This document shows positions 16,787-25,480 of a stretch of 29,368 nt of DNA, in pieces. The stretch is from Candidatus Angelobacter sp. (GTDB lineage Bacteria > Acidobacteriota > Terriglobia > Terriglobales > Acidobacteriaceae), in contig DASZMF010000008.1 of the NCBI GenBank assembly GCA_035552035.1, positions 1-29,368 on the forward strand, given 5' to 3'. The stretch's first letter is position 1. The number at the start of each line of letters is the position of its first letter. A model generated the notes under the pieces. That model saw only the letters and a list, made by a program, of their open reading frames with translations. It searched no databases and was not told the DNA's origin. The position numbers and the translations under genes are program-made.

Positions 16787-17926
16787 ATGTTCAAGGGAAT
16801 CAACCACAATAGACCCCGATTTCTTACCATTACGGCAGCGACCATCTTCGCGGGCCTTCTCGGAATGATCGGCCTTGCCGGAGCAGGGGCCAGCAGGGCA
16901 AAAACGGCAAATCAGCCCGCTACTGAGGTACAGCAGATGGCATCTGAAGCAGTTCGATTACCTGTTGAGGGTGAAATGCCCTCTCTTGGCGGCGCAACTG
17001 CGTGGCTCAATTCACAGCCATTAACAGCGTCTGGCCTTCGGGGAAGGGTCGTCCTGATTGATTTCTGGACTTATTCGTGTATTAACTGGCGGCGCCAACT
17101 TCCCTATGTTCGCGCATGGTCACAGAAATACAAGGACCACGGATTAGTCGTGATTGGAGTCCATACGCCTGAATTTGGATTTGAGAAGGAAGTCGATAAT
17201 GTTCGTCGAGCCACGAAGGCCATTAGCATCGATTATCCAATCGCCATGGACAGTGACTACGCAATATGGAATGCTTTTGGCAATGAATACTGGCCAGCTC
17301 TCTATTTTGTGGACGCGCAGGGACATATCCGGCATCACGTTTTTGGTGAGGGCGAATACCAGCAGTCGGAAGCGGTGATTCAACAGCTGCTGACTGAAGC
17401 AGGAGCCAGCGGCTTCAAACGCGAACCGGTCATAGTGAATGGCCGAGGCGCTGAAGCTGATGCAGACTGGGCCGATCTGGGATCAGGAGAAAACTATGTT
17501 GGCTATGAGCGCACTGAAAATTTTGCTTCTCCTGGCGGCGTTGCACGGGATAAGCCTGGTATTTATACCGTGCCGCCGAAGCTGGATCTGAATCATTGGG
17601 CTCTTTCAGGCGATTGGACCATGGGGCAACAGGCCGTTGGGATGAACAAGGCAGGTGGGCGTATCGCCTATCGCTTTCATGCTCGCGACCTCCATCTGGT
17701 CATGGGGCCGGCAGCCCCGGGAAAGACGATACGTTTCCGCGTATTGATTGACGGGCACGCGCCGGGCCCTGCCCACGGAGTTGATGTGGACGATCAAGGC
17801 AACGGCACACTCGATGGGCCACGGATGTATCAACTGATTCGACAATCCAAACCGGTCAGTAATCGACAGTTTGAGATCGAGTTTCTTGATTCAGGCGTTG
17901 AAGTTTTTTCCTTCACCTTTGGCTGA
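16787..17926 (+). CDS. Redoxin/DipZ-like thioredoxin-fold protein with C-terminal beta domain, single-Cys (CINW)
   Basis: VVLIDFWTYSCINW, VIGVHTPEF.FEK, YWPALYF.D..G.IR, FGEGEY, and C-terminal EVFSFTFG. Start ATG 16787 follows GGAGAGG and has a signal peptide. The track's start at 16661 lies upstream of the promoter motif. Confidence 0.88.
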   Translation: MFKGINHNRPRFLTITAATIFAGLLGMIGLAGAGASRAKTANQPATEVQQMASEAVRLPVEGEMPSLGGATAWLNSQPLTASGLRGRVVLIDFWTYSCINWRRQLPYVRAWSQKYKDHGLVVIGVHTPEFGFEKEVDNVRRATKAISIDYPIAMDSDYAIWNAFGNEYWPALYFVDAQGHIRHHVFGEGEYQQSEAVIQQLLTEAGASGFKREPVIVNGRGAEADADWADLGSGENYVGYERTENFASPGGVARDKPGIYTVPPKLDLNHWALSGDWTMGQQAVGMNKAGGRIAYRFHARDLHLVMGPAAPGKTIRFRVLIDGHAPGPAHGVDVDDQGNGTLDGPRMYQLIRQSKPVSNRQFEIEFLDSGVEVFSFTFG

Positions 17927-17947
17927 TTCGTGAAGCAGGGGAATTCA

Positions 17948-18217
17948 ATGGCGAGCGCGTATCGTTTTCTGATTTGGTTTACGAGGAACAAACGCAGCTG
18001 GCTGAGCGCGAGCTTTCCAGCTTCATTGCGGCGGTAACTGAATTGTATGGCGCGGAACAGGCCACGCTTTCCGAAAAGGACTGGCTGGACGAATCAGACC
18101 TGATGGATGCCCCCGCCCATATCGGCGGAGCGAAATTGGCGGTCTATCACGATCGCGGCATCTGCTCGACTGGCAAATCGCGTACCACCAGGGATGAAAT
18201 CAGCAAATTCCGGCTGA
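17948..18217 (+). pseudogene. Small conserved-looking protein interrupted by two opposite single-base indels
   Basis: SD AGGGG precedes ATG 17948. Adding one T in the T4 run (17965-17968) and removing one C from the C5 run (18110-18114) gives MASAYRFSDLVYEEQTQLAERELSSFIAAVTELYGAEQATLSEKDWLDESDLMDAPPISAERNWRSITIAASARLANRVPPGMKSANSG*. Family membership is from my recollection of acidobacterial proteins and is not verified. Confidence 0.55.
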
Positions 18218-18224
18218 GTTGAAT

Positions 18225-18285
18225 GATACGAAGGTATCGCCAATACCTTCGTCCAATTGTTCCGCGGCACCGCCTCTGTTGTGAT
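18225..18285 (+). promoter_or_regulatory. Island regulon promoter (motif copy 2, with upstream palindrome)
   Basis: GATAC-GAAG-GTATC (18225-18238), CAATACCTTCGTCCAATTG (18241-18259), -35 TTGTTC, N17, then TGt-TGTGAT (18280-18285). Confidence 0.85.
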
Positions 18286-18311
18286 GCACTCCGTAATTAA
18301 GGAGAGCAAGT

Positions 18312-19721
18312 ATGAATGGCAAGCCAGAATTTCCCCAGGCAAAGTCACTGAGCATCAGAAAGTTGTTTCTTCTTTTCCTCTCAGTAGTAACACTTTTCTT
18401 TGTTGTGTCGTTGTATTCCCAGCAAAACAAACCAATACTTACACCGGTGGATTCGGCGATCAACAAGCACAGCAATGAATTGGTGGAACAAGGCCGCAGT
18501 ACTTTTCGCTTTGATACGTTTGGCGACCAGGATTTCTGGGGTGGCGCGCTGCATCTGCATCAGGCCATTGAAGGCGCGCAGCATGGCGGTGTTGGTCCGG
18601 GAGTTTCGCCAAAGACTGCGCTTGCCGTGGGGCTAAAGGTAGACGTGGACGCGCTGCCGTCTGCGCTCGTGCAGCAGATCAAGGATGGCAAGGTCAATCT
18701 CGATGATCCCGCCACAACTCTGGCGTTATTGAAATTAAATTCGGTTGTGGGTGTAACTGGATTTTTCAATGCTGACGGCACAATGAAGTCCGTGGGCATT
18801 CAGTGCTCTCTCTGCCACTCTACGGTGGACAATTCTGTTACCAGCGGCATCGGCCATCGCCTGGATGGATGGGCCAATCGCGATCTCAACGTTGGCGCGA
18901 TTGTTGCCCTCTCGCCAAGTGTTCAGCCATTTTCTGATCTTCTTGGCGCAGACGATGCGACGGTGCGCAAAGTCTTTAATAGTTGGGGGCCGGGCAAGTT
19001 TGATGCTGAACTCAACGCAGACGGAAAAGCGTTTCGCCCTGATGGCAAGCCCTCCGCCGTGCTTATTCCCCCGGCTTTCGGTCTGGCTGGCGTCAACCTG
19101 CATACATGGGGCGGATGGGGTTCCGTGAGCCACTGGAATGCCTATGTGGCAAATCTTGAAATGCATGGCAAAGGCACCTTTTATGATCCGCGCCTCAAAG
19201 ACGCCACACAATTCCCCGTGGCTGCCAAAGCCGGACTTTGGAATGTGCGTAATAAAGAAGATTTGATTACCTCCAAACTCCCGGCACTGCAGTTCTATCA
19301 GCTGGCCATTGCTGCTCCGGCCCCGCCGCGCGGCAGTTACGATGAGGCATCCGCCGCACGCGGACGCGATCTGTTCAATGGCAAAGCCAACTGTGCTTCC
19401 TGCCATGTTGGGCCGATTATGACGGAACCTGGATGGAACATGCACACCGCCGCTGAAGTTTGTGTGGATGACTTCCAGGCGAACCGCTCTCCTGATCGCC
19501 ACTACCGCACCTCGCCTCTCAATGGCCTGTGGACACATGCGCAGGGCGGCTTCTATCACGATGGACGCTTCGCAACTCTGCCCGACGTGGTCAACCATTA
19601 CGACTCTTGCTTCAACCTGGGTCTGGCTGGCCAGGAAAAAAGCGATCTGGTGCAATACCTGCTCTCTCTGCCCAACCCAGGCATACAGGACGACAAAGGA
19701 GCGAAATCAGCAAACCAATAG
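18312..19721 (+). CDS. Exported diheme c-type cytochrome, bCcP/MauG-superfamily-like
   Basis: Signal/TM segment, two CxxCH motifs (CSLCH 18804-18818; CASCH 19392-19406), and C-terminal RTSPLNGL..FYHDGRFATLPDVVNHY resembling the CcP/MauG tail. Confidence 0.8.
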   Translation: MNGKPEFPQAKSLSIRKLFLLFLSVVTLFFVVSLYSQQNKPILTPVDSAINKHSNELVEQGRSTFRFDTFGDQDFWGGALHLHQAIEGAQHGGVGPGVSPKTALAVGLKVDVDALPSALVQQIKDGKVNLDDPATTLALLKLNSVVGVTGFFNADGTMKSVGIQCSLCHSTVDNSVTSGIGHRLDGWANRDLNVGAIVALSPSVQPFSDLLGADDATVRKVFNSWGPGKFDAELNADGKAFRPDGKPSAVLIPPAFGLAGVNLHTWGGWGSVSHWNAYVANLEMHGKGTFYDPRLKDATQFPVAAKAGLWNVRNKEDLITSKLPALQFYQLAIAAPAPPRGSYDEASAARGRDLFNGKANCASCHVGPIMTEPGWNMHTAAEVCVDDFQANRSPDRHYRTSPLNGLWTHAQGGFYHDGRFATLPDVVNHYDSCFNLGLAGQEKSDLVQYLLSLPNPGIQDDKGAKSANQ

Positions 19722-19779
19722 GAACCAGTGCAATTCCATGGAGCTAATTCTTTGCGTTGATTAACAGGTTAGGAAACAG

Positions 19780-19824
19780 GCAAGCTGCTTTAGGCTCGTT
19801 GGATTGGGCTACAAGGCAGCTTGC
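19780..19824. terminator. Long imperfect hairpin, likely bidirectional terminator
   Basis: GCAAGCTGC (19780-19788) and GCAGCTTGC (19816-19824), with further inner pairing, between convergent genes. Confidence 0.6.
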
Positions 19825-19966
19825 TTTGTCACACCAAATCGCAAGCGATGACCGGGGCGCCGCCTCATTTTGCAGCTCGAACATCCGGCTAAAAGAAAAA
19901 TGCTGCTGCCCTGCCAATGATCATTACAAAGTCATTGACGGCTATCTTTTACCGGTTTCACCGCGA

Positions 19967-20446
19967 TCATTGCGCCGGAAGTTTCTGGTTCCTTGGGTCG
20001 TCGGCTGAGCTGAAGTATTCAAGACCCAGTGGGCCAATAGCCGAAACCTGTGTAACGTATTCGCCGGACTTCGCCCAGTGAAAATGGAATGTGTTGCCGG
20101 GCAAAACGACCACGGTTCCCGGTGGGTAAGCCTCCAGTTTGCCGGCGTCAAACTGATCGCCAAGTCCTATGTAGAATATTCCTGAAATAACTGTGTAAAC
20201 CCGGTCCTCGGGGTGCCGATGCGGCATCAGTTTCACCCCGGACGGTACTTTGACGCGGATCACGTAAGGGCCGGGCTCTGAGGGCACACCAACAAGGATT
20301 GCCAGCCGCGCTGAAGGCGGGAACGCGGCAAAGGGCTTCCAGTCCAGATCCTCCGCTCGAATCGCTTTGAAAGCCGTTGTGTCCGGAATTGAGTTCGTGC
20401 CTTTTCCCTGACTGCCAGAAGTGGGCTTCACTATTAGTTGAGCCAT
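19967..20446 (-). CDS. Cupin domain protein
   Basis: KLMPHRHPEDRVYTVISG.FYIGLG and PGNTFHFHWA cupin motifs. Confidence 0.85.
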   Translation of the reverse strand: MAQLIVKPTSGSQGKGTNSIPDTTAFKAIRAEDLDWKPFAAFPPSARLAILVGVPSEPGPYVIRVKVPSGVKLMPHRHPEDRVYTVISGIFYIGLGDQFDAGKLEAYPPGTVVVLPGNTFHFHWAKSGEYVTQVSAIGPLGLEYFSSADDPRNQKLPAQ

Positions 20447-20502
20447 AATTTTCTCCGTGACTGGAAGCGCGCGGGCGTCAATTTTGCGCTTGCAGAACTT
20501 CC

Positions 20503-20548
20503 ATTAAGCCATCAGACAATGGGCCAGGACAATTGGACGATGGTATGG
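20503..20548 (-). promoter_or_regulatory. Island regulon promoter (motif copy 3)
   Basis: Minus strand CCATACCATCGTCCAATTG (20548-20530), then TGg-CTTAAT (20508-20503), upstream of the cupin gene. Confidence 0.75.
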
Positions 20549-20571
20549 CTTTGACATGTTGACAGCAGGGC

Positions 20572-21246
20572 TTAAGCTGCCAGACGCAGCTTGCCGGCCA
20601 TTTTCACCAACGTGGCCAGAGAGTCCGCCTTCATTTTCTGCATGACCTGCCCGCGGTGCGCTTTTACCGTGATCTCACTAATGCCCAGTTCCCCACCGAC
20701 CTGCTTATTCAATAACCCACGTGCAACCAAAGCCATGACCTGGCGCTCGCGTGGAGTAAGAGAAGCGTAACGGCCCCCGAGTTCCTGCCTCTCCGTTTCG
20801 TGGCTGAGAGCAAGACGGCTCCGTTCAATCGCTTGCCGAATGGCGCTCAGAAGCACTTCCTCATTAAACGGTTTCGTCAGGAAATCGACGGCGCCGGCCT
20901 TCATGGCCTGAACTGACTTGGGGATGTCGCCACAGCCGGTAATGAAGATGATCGGCATGTCCTTTTGTTCAGCGGCAAGGTTCTTTTGCAATTCGAGACC
21001 ATTGAGTCCTGGCAGACCAATATCGAGCACAAGACAGCTCGGAACAGATGCTTTCGCTCGGTCAAGAAATTCCTGTGCTGATGTGAAAGTTTCCGCCTGC
21101 CAGCCTTCGCTACCGATCAAGAGCTCCAGCGATTCGCGCACTGATACGTCGTCATCAACAATGAACACGATGGGAGCGTCAGTCAACATAGAGGAGGATC
21201 CAGCTACATGAGCAAATGCACCAGCTAAGCTTAATTGTAGTCCCAC
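20572..21246 (-). CDS. FixJ/NodW/TodT-type DNA-binding response regulator (REC + LuxR HTH)
   Basis: [24 protein letters not shown] (phospho-Asp), [20 protein letters not shown]...[23 protein letters not shown]. The start may be ATG 21189. Confidence 0.93.
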   Translation of the reverse strand: MGLQLSLAGAFAHVAGSSSMLTDAPIVFIVDDDVSVRESLELLIGSEGWQAETFTSAQEFLDRAKASVPSCLVLDIGLPGLNGLELQKNLAAEQKDMPIIFITGCGDIPKSVQAMKAGAVDFLTKPFNEEVLLSAIRQAIERSRLALSHETERQELGGRYASLTPRERQVMALVARGLLNKQVGGELGISEITVKAHRGQVMQKMKADSLATLVKMAGKLRLAA

Positions 21247-21267
21247 AAATCTGCTTTCATTGAACTA

Positions 21268-21663
21268 TCATTCAATTTTCATAGCTGCCATCACGGCTTC
21301 AAATAGAGCTGCGTCACTAAATGGCTTGAGCAATACCGCCGCGGCTCCTTGCTTGAATACGCGGTCCTGGATCACTTTGTCCTTCTGTGCGGTGATGAAG
21401 ACGACCGGAATCGTCCAGCCACTGCGCTGTAATTCCTGCTGAAGATCAAGGCCACTCATTCCAGGCATGGCGATGTCAAGGATCAGACATCGCGTCTCGC
21501 CTGCTGCGTCGGACGAAAGAAATTCTTCTGCAGAGGAAAACGCGCGGACAGCAAAGCCGAACTCACGCAGCAGGTCCGGCAAGGACTCTCGTACAGATTC
21601 ATCATCGTCAACCACTGACACAAGCGACCGCTCAACGGTCCTGATTGCTTGCGGTAAATCCAT
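21268..21663 (-). CDS. Single-domain response regulator
   Basis: VSVVDDDESVRESL, CLILDIAMPGMSG, VVFITA, LLKPF. Start placed at ATG 21663, downstream of motif copy 4. Confidence 0.9.
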   Translation of the reverse strand: MDLPQAIRTVERSLVSVVDDDESVRESLPDLLREFGFAVRAFSSAEEFLSSDAAGETRCLILDIAMPGMSGLDLQQELQRSGWTIPVVFITAQKDKVIQDRVFKQGAAAVLLKPFSDAALFEAVMAAMKIE

Positions 21664-21695
21664 AACACAACAATGCTCCGCTGGGGACGGGGCGT

Positions 21696-21714
21696 CCATT
21701 GTACTTTGGTATTG
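21696..21714 (-). promoter_or_regulatory. Island motif variant (copy 4) upstream of the response regulator pair
   Basis: Minus strand CAATACCAAAGTACAATGG. No good -10 at the spacing seen in the other copies. Confidence 0.6.
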
Positions 21715-21741
21715 GTTCCGCCAGCGGGCGGCTGAATGCTA

Positions 21742-22088
21742 TTACGCCGCGCCCGCGGCAGACTCGGTGTTGGTCTCAGGGAAAGCCGCGGGCTGGCTCG
21801 GAATGGAAAAACAAAACGTCTCCCCTGTACCATCATTGGCCTCTGCCCACAGGCGTCCCTCATGGGCCTCAATGATCGAACGGCTGATCGATAGCCCGAT
21901 TCCCATACCGTCTTCTCTCGTCGTATAGAGTGTCTTGAGGAGCCGGTCAGAGACCTGGGGTTCGAACCCACTCCTGTATCTTTCACACTCAGGCGCACTT
22001 GTTCAGCTTTATCCCGCTCTGTTCGGATGAGCAACTCCCGTGGTCGATCCTGAATCGTGCTCATGGCCTCCGAGGCGTTGCGCACCAT
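21742..22088 (-). pseudogene. Truncated and frameshifted sensor histidine kinase (HATPase fragment only)
   Basis: VRNASEAM (N box)...VKDTGVG, then a -1 shift near 21961-21966, continuing FEPQVSDRLLKTLYTTREDGMGIGLSISRSIIEAHEGRLWAEANDGTGETFCFSIP to TAA at 21742-21744. No HisKA or sensor sequence upstream of 22088. Confidence 0.88.
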
Positions 22089-22106
22089 GTGCTTTTACCG
22101 GCGAAC

Positions 22107-22168
22107 GATACGAAAGTATCCCCCAATACCATCGTCTGATTGTTCCGGATCGAGACTTCTGTTGTGAT
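22107..22168 (+). promoter_or_regulatory. Island regulon promoter (motif copy 5, with upstream palindrome)
   Basis: GATAC-GAAA-GTATC (22107-22120), CAATACCATCGTCTGATTG (22124-22142), -35 TTGTTC, N17, then TGt-TGTGAT (22163-22168). Confidence 0.85.
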
Positions 22169-22261
22169 TTCCCACGGAGGACATCCGTGCCCCAAACCAG
22201 TACTGCACAGCAATCCCGTGAGCGGCAGCCGGAGCCAGTGTGCCCTCCGGAGGTAACAGGC

Positions 22262-23626
22262 ATGGCAGAAACATCCGGTTTCACTCGTCGCCATTTTTGC
22301 AAAGCTGCCGCGGCAGCTGTTGCGGCAGGCTCACTTAATCTTCACGGTTTTTACACGAGGGCAAACGCTATGACCAATAGTGTGACTGATGACTCACAAC
22401 AGGCAGGCGGTGTTAAGACAGCTATTCGTCCGTTTCATGTGAATGTTCCGGAAGCGGAACTTACTGAATTACGCAGGCGCATTAAGGCGACGAGATGGCC
22501 GGAACGGGAAACCGTCACGGACGATTCACAAGGCGTGCAGCTGGCAACCACCCAGGCACTGGCCCGCTATTGGGCTACCGATCACGATTGGCGCAAGTGC
22601 GAAGCGAAGCTGAATGCTGTACCGCAATTCGTTACAGAAATTGATGGGCTGGAAATTCATTTCATTCATGTTCGCTCGAAGCATGAAAATGCGTTGCCGC
22701 TCATTATCACGCACGGGTGGCCCGGCTCGATCATTGAGCAGCTAAAGGTCATCGACCCACTTACCAGTCCTACGACACATGGCGGAAACGCATCGGACGC
22801 GTTCCATGTCGTGATTCCATCGCTGCCGGGCCACGGATTCTCAGGCAAGCAGACTGCGCCCGGTTGGGACCCTGCACGAATCGCGCGAGCATGGACGGTG
22901 CTGATGAAGCGCCTGGGATACACGCATTTTGTGGCACAAGGCGGCGATTGGGGAAACGCTGTCTCAGAGCAGATGGCATTGCAGGTGCCGCCTGAATTGC
23001 TTGGCATTTCCACAAACATGGCGGCTACGGTTCCACCCGAGATTTCCAAGGCACTTTCGCTGGGTACCCCTCCGCCAGCCAGCCTTTCTTCTGAGGAACG
23101 GAACGCCTGGGACCAGCTCGACTTCTTCTATAAAAAAGGGCTGGGTTATGCCAATGAGATGGCGCTCCGCCCGCAGACGCTCTACGCGATTGCGGATTCA
23201 CCCGTCGGCCTGGCAGCCTGGATTCTTGACCACGATGCGCGGAGTTATGAACTCATCGCGCGCGTGTTTGAGGGACAACACGAAGGACTCACACGGGACG
23301 ATATTCTCGATAACATCACCCTCTACTGGGTAACGAATACTGCCGTCTCTTCCGCGCGTCTTTATTGGGACAATCTCATCACGGCCAAAGCAGGCTTTTT
23401 TGACGTCAAGAACGTCACGATCCCGGTCGCCGTGAGCGTCTTCCCCGACGAGATCTACGCAGCCCCGCAGAGCTGGGCAAAGCGGGCGTATCCCAAACTT
23501 ATCCATTACAACAAGCTCGAAAAAGGCGGCCACTTTGCCGCCTGGGAACAGCCCCAGCTTTTTGTTTCAGAATTGCGCACGGGGTTCAGATCGCTGCGCA
23601 ACGCGGGACTGGCCAAGGCTGTCTAA
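22262..23626 (+). CDS. Epoxide hydrolase (EHN + alpha/beta hydrolase) with twin-arginine leader
   Basis: TRRHF Tat motif after GGAGG-ATG 22262, IRPFHV..PEAEL, HGWPGS, QGGDWG (Asp nucleophile), GGHFAAWEQP. An alternative internal start is ATG 22370. Confidence 0.92.
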   Translation: MAETSGFTRRHFCKAAAAAVAAGSLNLHGFYTRANAMTNSVTDDSQQAGGVKTAIRPFHVNVPEAELTELRRRIKATRWPERETVTDDSQGVQLATTQALARYWATDHDWRKCEAKLNAVPQFVTEIDGLEIHFIHVRSKHENALPLIITHGWPGSIIEQLKVIDPLTSPTTHGGNASDAFHVVIPSLPGHGFSGKQTAPGWDPARIARAWTVLMKRLGYTHFVAQGGDWGNAVSEQMALQVPPELLGISTNMAATVPPEISKALSLGTPPPASLSSEERNAWDQLDFFYKKGLGYANEMALRPQTLYAIADSPVGLAAWILDHDARSYELIARVFEGQHEGLTRDDILDNITLYWVTNTAVSSARLYWDNLITAKAGFFDVKNVTIPVAVSVFPDEIYAAPQSWAKRAYPKLIHYNKLEKGGHFAAWEQPQLFVSELRTGFRSLRNAGLAKAV

Positions 23627-23641
23627 CGTTACAAAATAGTG

Positions 23642-23671
23642 GGGGAGCTTCGGTTATCTGAATCTCTCCCC
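23642..23671 (+). terminator. Possible hairpin downstream of epoxide hydrolase
   Basis: GGGGAG-C-TTCGG-TTAT-CTGAA-TCT-CTCCCC. No clear U tract. Confidence 0.35.
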
Positions 23672-23771
23672 TCTCGATTTCCGGCAGATATCAAGAATAT
23701 GGTGATGCAATTGGTTGACGCTCGCACGAATCTAGCGTTCGATTTAAATGAACCTAAAGGAGGAAATAAAG

Positions 23772-24467
23772 ATGGCAAACCTAAAGGATGAAATCCAGAA
23801 TGACGACGCCACAGACGCGAGCGCGGTGAAAGTTGATATGAAGCTTGAGGTCGTCGTCATTCCTGTCTCCGATGTTGATCGCGCGAAGGAGTTTTATGCG
23901 AGGCTCGGATGGAGACTTGACGCTGACGTTATTTCTGGTCCCGATTCCCGCTTGATCCAGTTCACGCCTCCTGGCTCCGAGTGTTCAATTCAATTCGGTA
24001 AGAACTTATTTGGTAAGAATGCCCCGGCGGGCGGGCCAGGTACAGCCCAGGGCCTGTACCTGATCGTGTCTAACATTGAGAGTGCGCGCAATGAACTCGT
24101 CGCGAGCGGCGTCGCCCCGAGCGAAGTATTCCACTGTTCCGAAGGATATGCTTGCAGATTTACTGGCAATGATGGCCGGGTCAGCGGCGTGGCTCCTGAG
24201 CGTGGCAGTTACGGATCGTTCGTGACCTTCAGCGATCCCGATGGCAACGGCTGGTTGTTGCAAGAAGTCACGAAACGATTTCCTGGACGTGTCGACTCTG
24301 GCGTGACCTCGTTCAGCTCCATAAGGGACCTGGCGAGCGCACTACGGCGTGCGGCGGCCGCCCACGGCAACCATGAAAAGCGTATTGGCGCAGCCGACCC
24401 AAACTGGCCCGACTGGTACGCCGAGTACCTTGTACGCGAGCAGTCCAGTGAAGAGCTGCCGCAGTGA
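23772..24467 (+). CDS. VOC/glyoxalase family protein with C-terminal AHG.HE..WPDWYA extension
   Basis: KLEVVVIPVSDVDRAKEFY..LGW, IQFTPPGS, F.DPDGNGWLLQE. Start ATG 23772 follows AGGAGG (track start 23748). Confidence 0.88.
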   Translation: MANLKDEIQNDDATDASAVKVDMKLEVVVIPVSDVDRAKEFYARLGWRLDADVISGPDSRLIQFTPPGSECSIQFGKNLFGKNAPAGGPGTAQGLYLIVSNIESARNELVASGVAPSEVFHCSEGYACRFTGNDGRVSGVAPERGSYGSFVTFSDPDGNGWLLQEVTKRFPGRVDSGVTSFSSIRDLASALRRAAAAHGNHEKRIGAADPNWPDWYAEYLVREQSSEELPQ

Positions 24468-25435
24468 ACTACCACTATCAAGCGCGCAAACTATTGTCGG
24501 CTTCTCTGATATTCGCATCATTATTACTTCTGGGCCATATATCGTTTGCGCAGGCTCACTCCCAGAGGAAGGAACGTCCTTTGCCGCAGAAGACTTTTTA
24601 TCGCACCATACAAATAGACGGACTCTCCATTTTCTATCGCGAAACCGGCCCCAAAGATGCGCCCACACTTCTTCTGCTGCATGGACTGCCCTCTTCCTCA
24701 CGCATGTTTGAGCCTCTCTTTGACCGGCTTGCCGACCGTTATCACCTGATTGCGCCGGACTACCCTGGCTTTGGACACAGCGACTGGCCGGAGCCGAAGA
24801 AATTCGCATACACCTTTGACCATTACGCCGAAATCATGAATCACTTTACTGAGGCCCTCGGGCTTTCGCACTACACGCTTTACATGCAGGATTACGGCGG
24901 GCCGGTAGGCTTCCGAATGGTACTGGCGCATCCGGAGCGCGTTGTAGCGCTCATTGTTCAAGACGCTGTCTCACACAACGAGGGTCTGGGTGCAAATTGG
25001 AAGCCGCGCCGTGCTTTCTGGGCTGATCGCGCGGCTAATGAAAGCGCGCTGCGCACGAATCTACTTTCCCTGCCACCTACACGGACACGCCACGTCGGCG
25101 ATGATCCTAACCTGGATCGCTATAACCCTGATCTCTGGATGGATGAATTCTATTTTCTCAATCAGCCCGGCCAGGCAGAGATTCAGAGCGACTTGTTCTA
25201 CGACTATCGAACGAATGTTGATTCCTATCCCAAGTGGCAGGCCTGGATGCGAGAGAAGCAGCCGCGGCTGCTGGTGATCTGGGGCAAGCATGACCTCTCA
25301 TTTGATCTGTCAGAACCTGAAGCATATCGTAAGGATGTGCCGAAGGCTGAAGTTCACGTTCTGGATGCGGGCCATTTCGCGCTCGATACAGCAGCAGATG
25401 AAATTGCACAGCTCGTTCGCGGATTCATGAAGTAG
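24464..25435 (+). CDS. Alpha/beta hydrolase (epoxide hydrolase/dehalogenase-like), signal peptide
   Basis: LLLHGLPSSS, APDYPGFGHS, QDYGGPVG, DAGHFALD. GTG start overlaps the previous stop. Confidence 0.92.
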   Translation: MNYHYQARKLLSASLIFASLLLLGHISFAQAHSQRKERPLPQKTFYRTIQIDGLSIFYRETGPKDAPTLLLLHGLPSSSRMFEPLFDRLADRYHLIAPDYPGFGHSDWPEPKKFAYTFDHYAEIMNHFTEALGLSHYTLYMQDYGGPVGFRMVLAHPERVVALIVQDAVSHNEGLGANWKPRRAFWADRAANESALRTNLLSLPPTRTRHVGDDPNLDRYNPDLWMDEFYFLNQPGQAEIQSDLFYDYRTNVDSYPKWQAWMREKQPRLLVIWGKHDLSFDLSEPEAYRKDVPKAEVHVLDAGHFALDTAADEIAQLVRGFMK

Positions 25436-25480
25436 CAGCAGCTTAGTTGACGCAAAGCAGATCAATTCAGGAGGACGGTT

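Noticed and set aside
18735-19655. 306-aa minus-strand ORF
   Set aside because: Antisense to the diheme cytochrome gene, with no motifs.
21483-21741. Extension of the kinase ORF to 21483 as in the track
   Set aside because: Out-of-frame read-through after the frameshift. The kinase-like frame stops at 21742.
22040-22261. 74-aa N-terminal extension of the epoxide hydrolase
   Set aside because: It covers the promoter motif. ATG 22262 has a GGAGG SD and begins a Tat leader.
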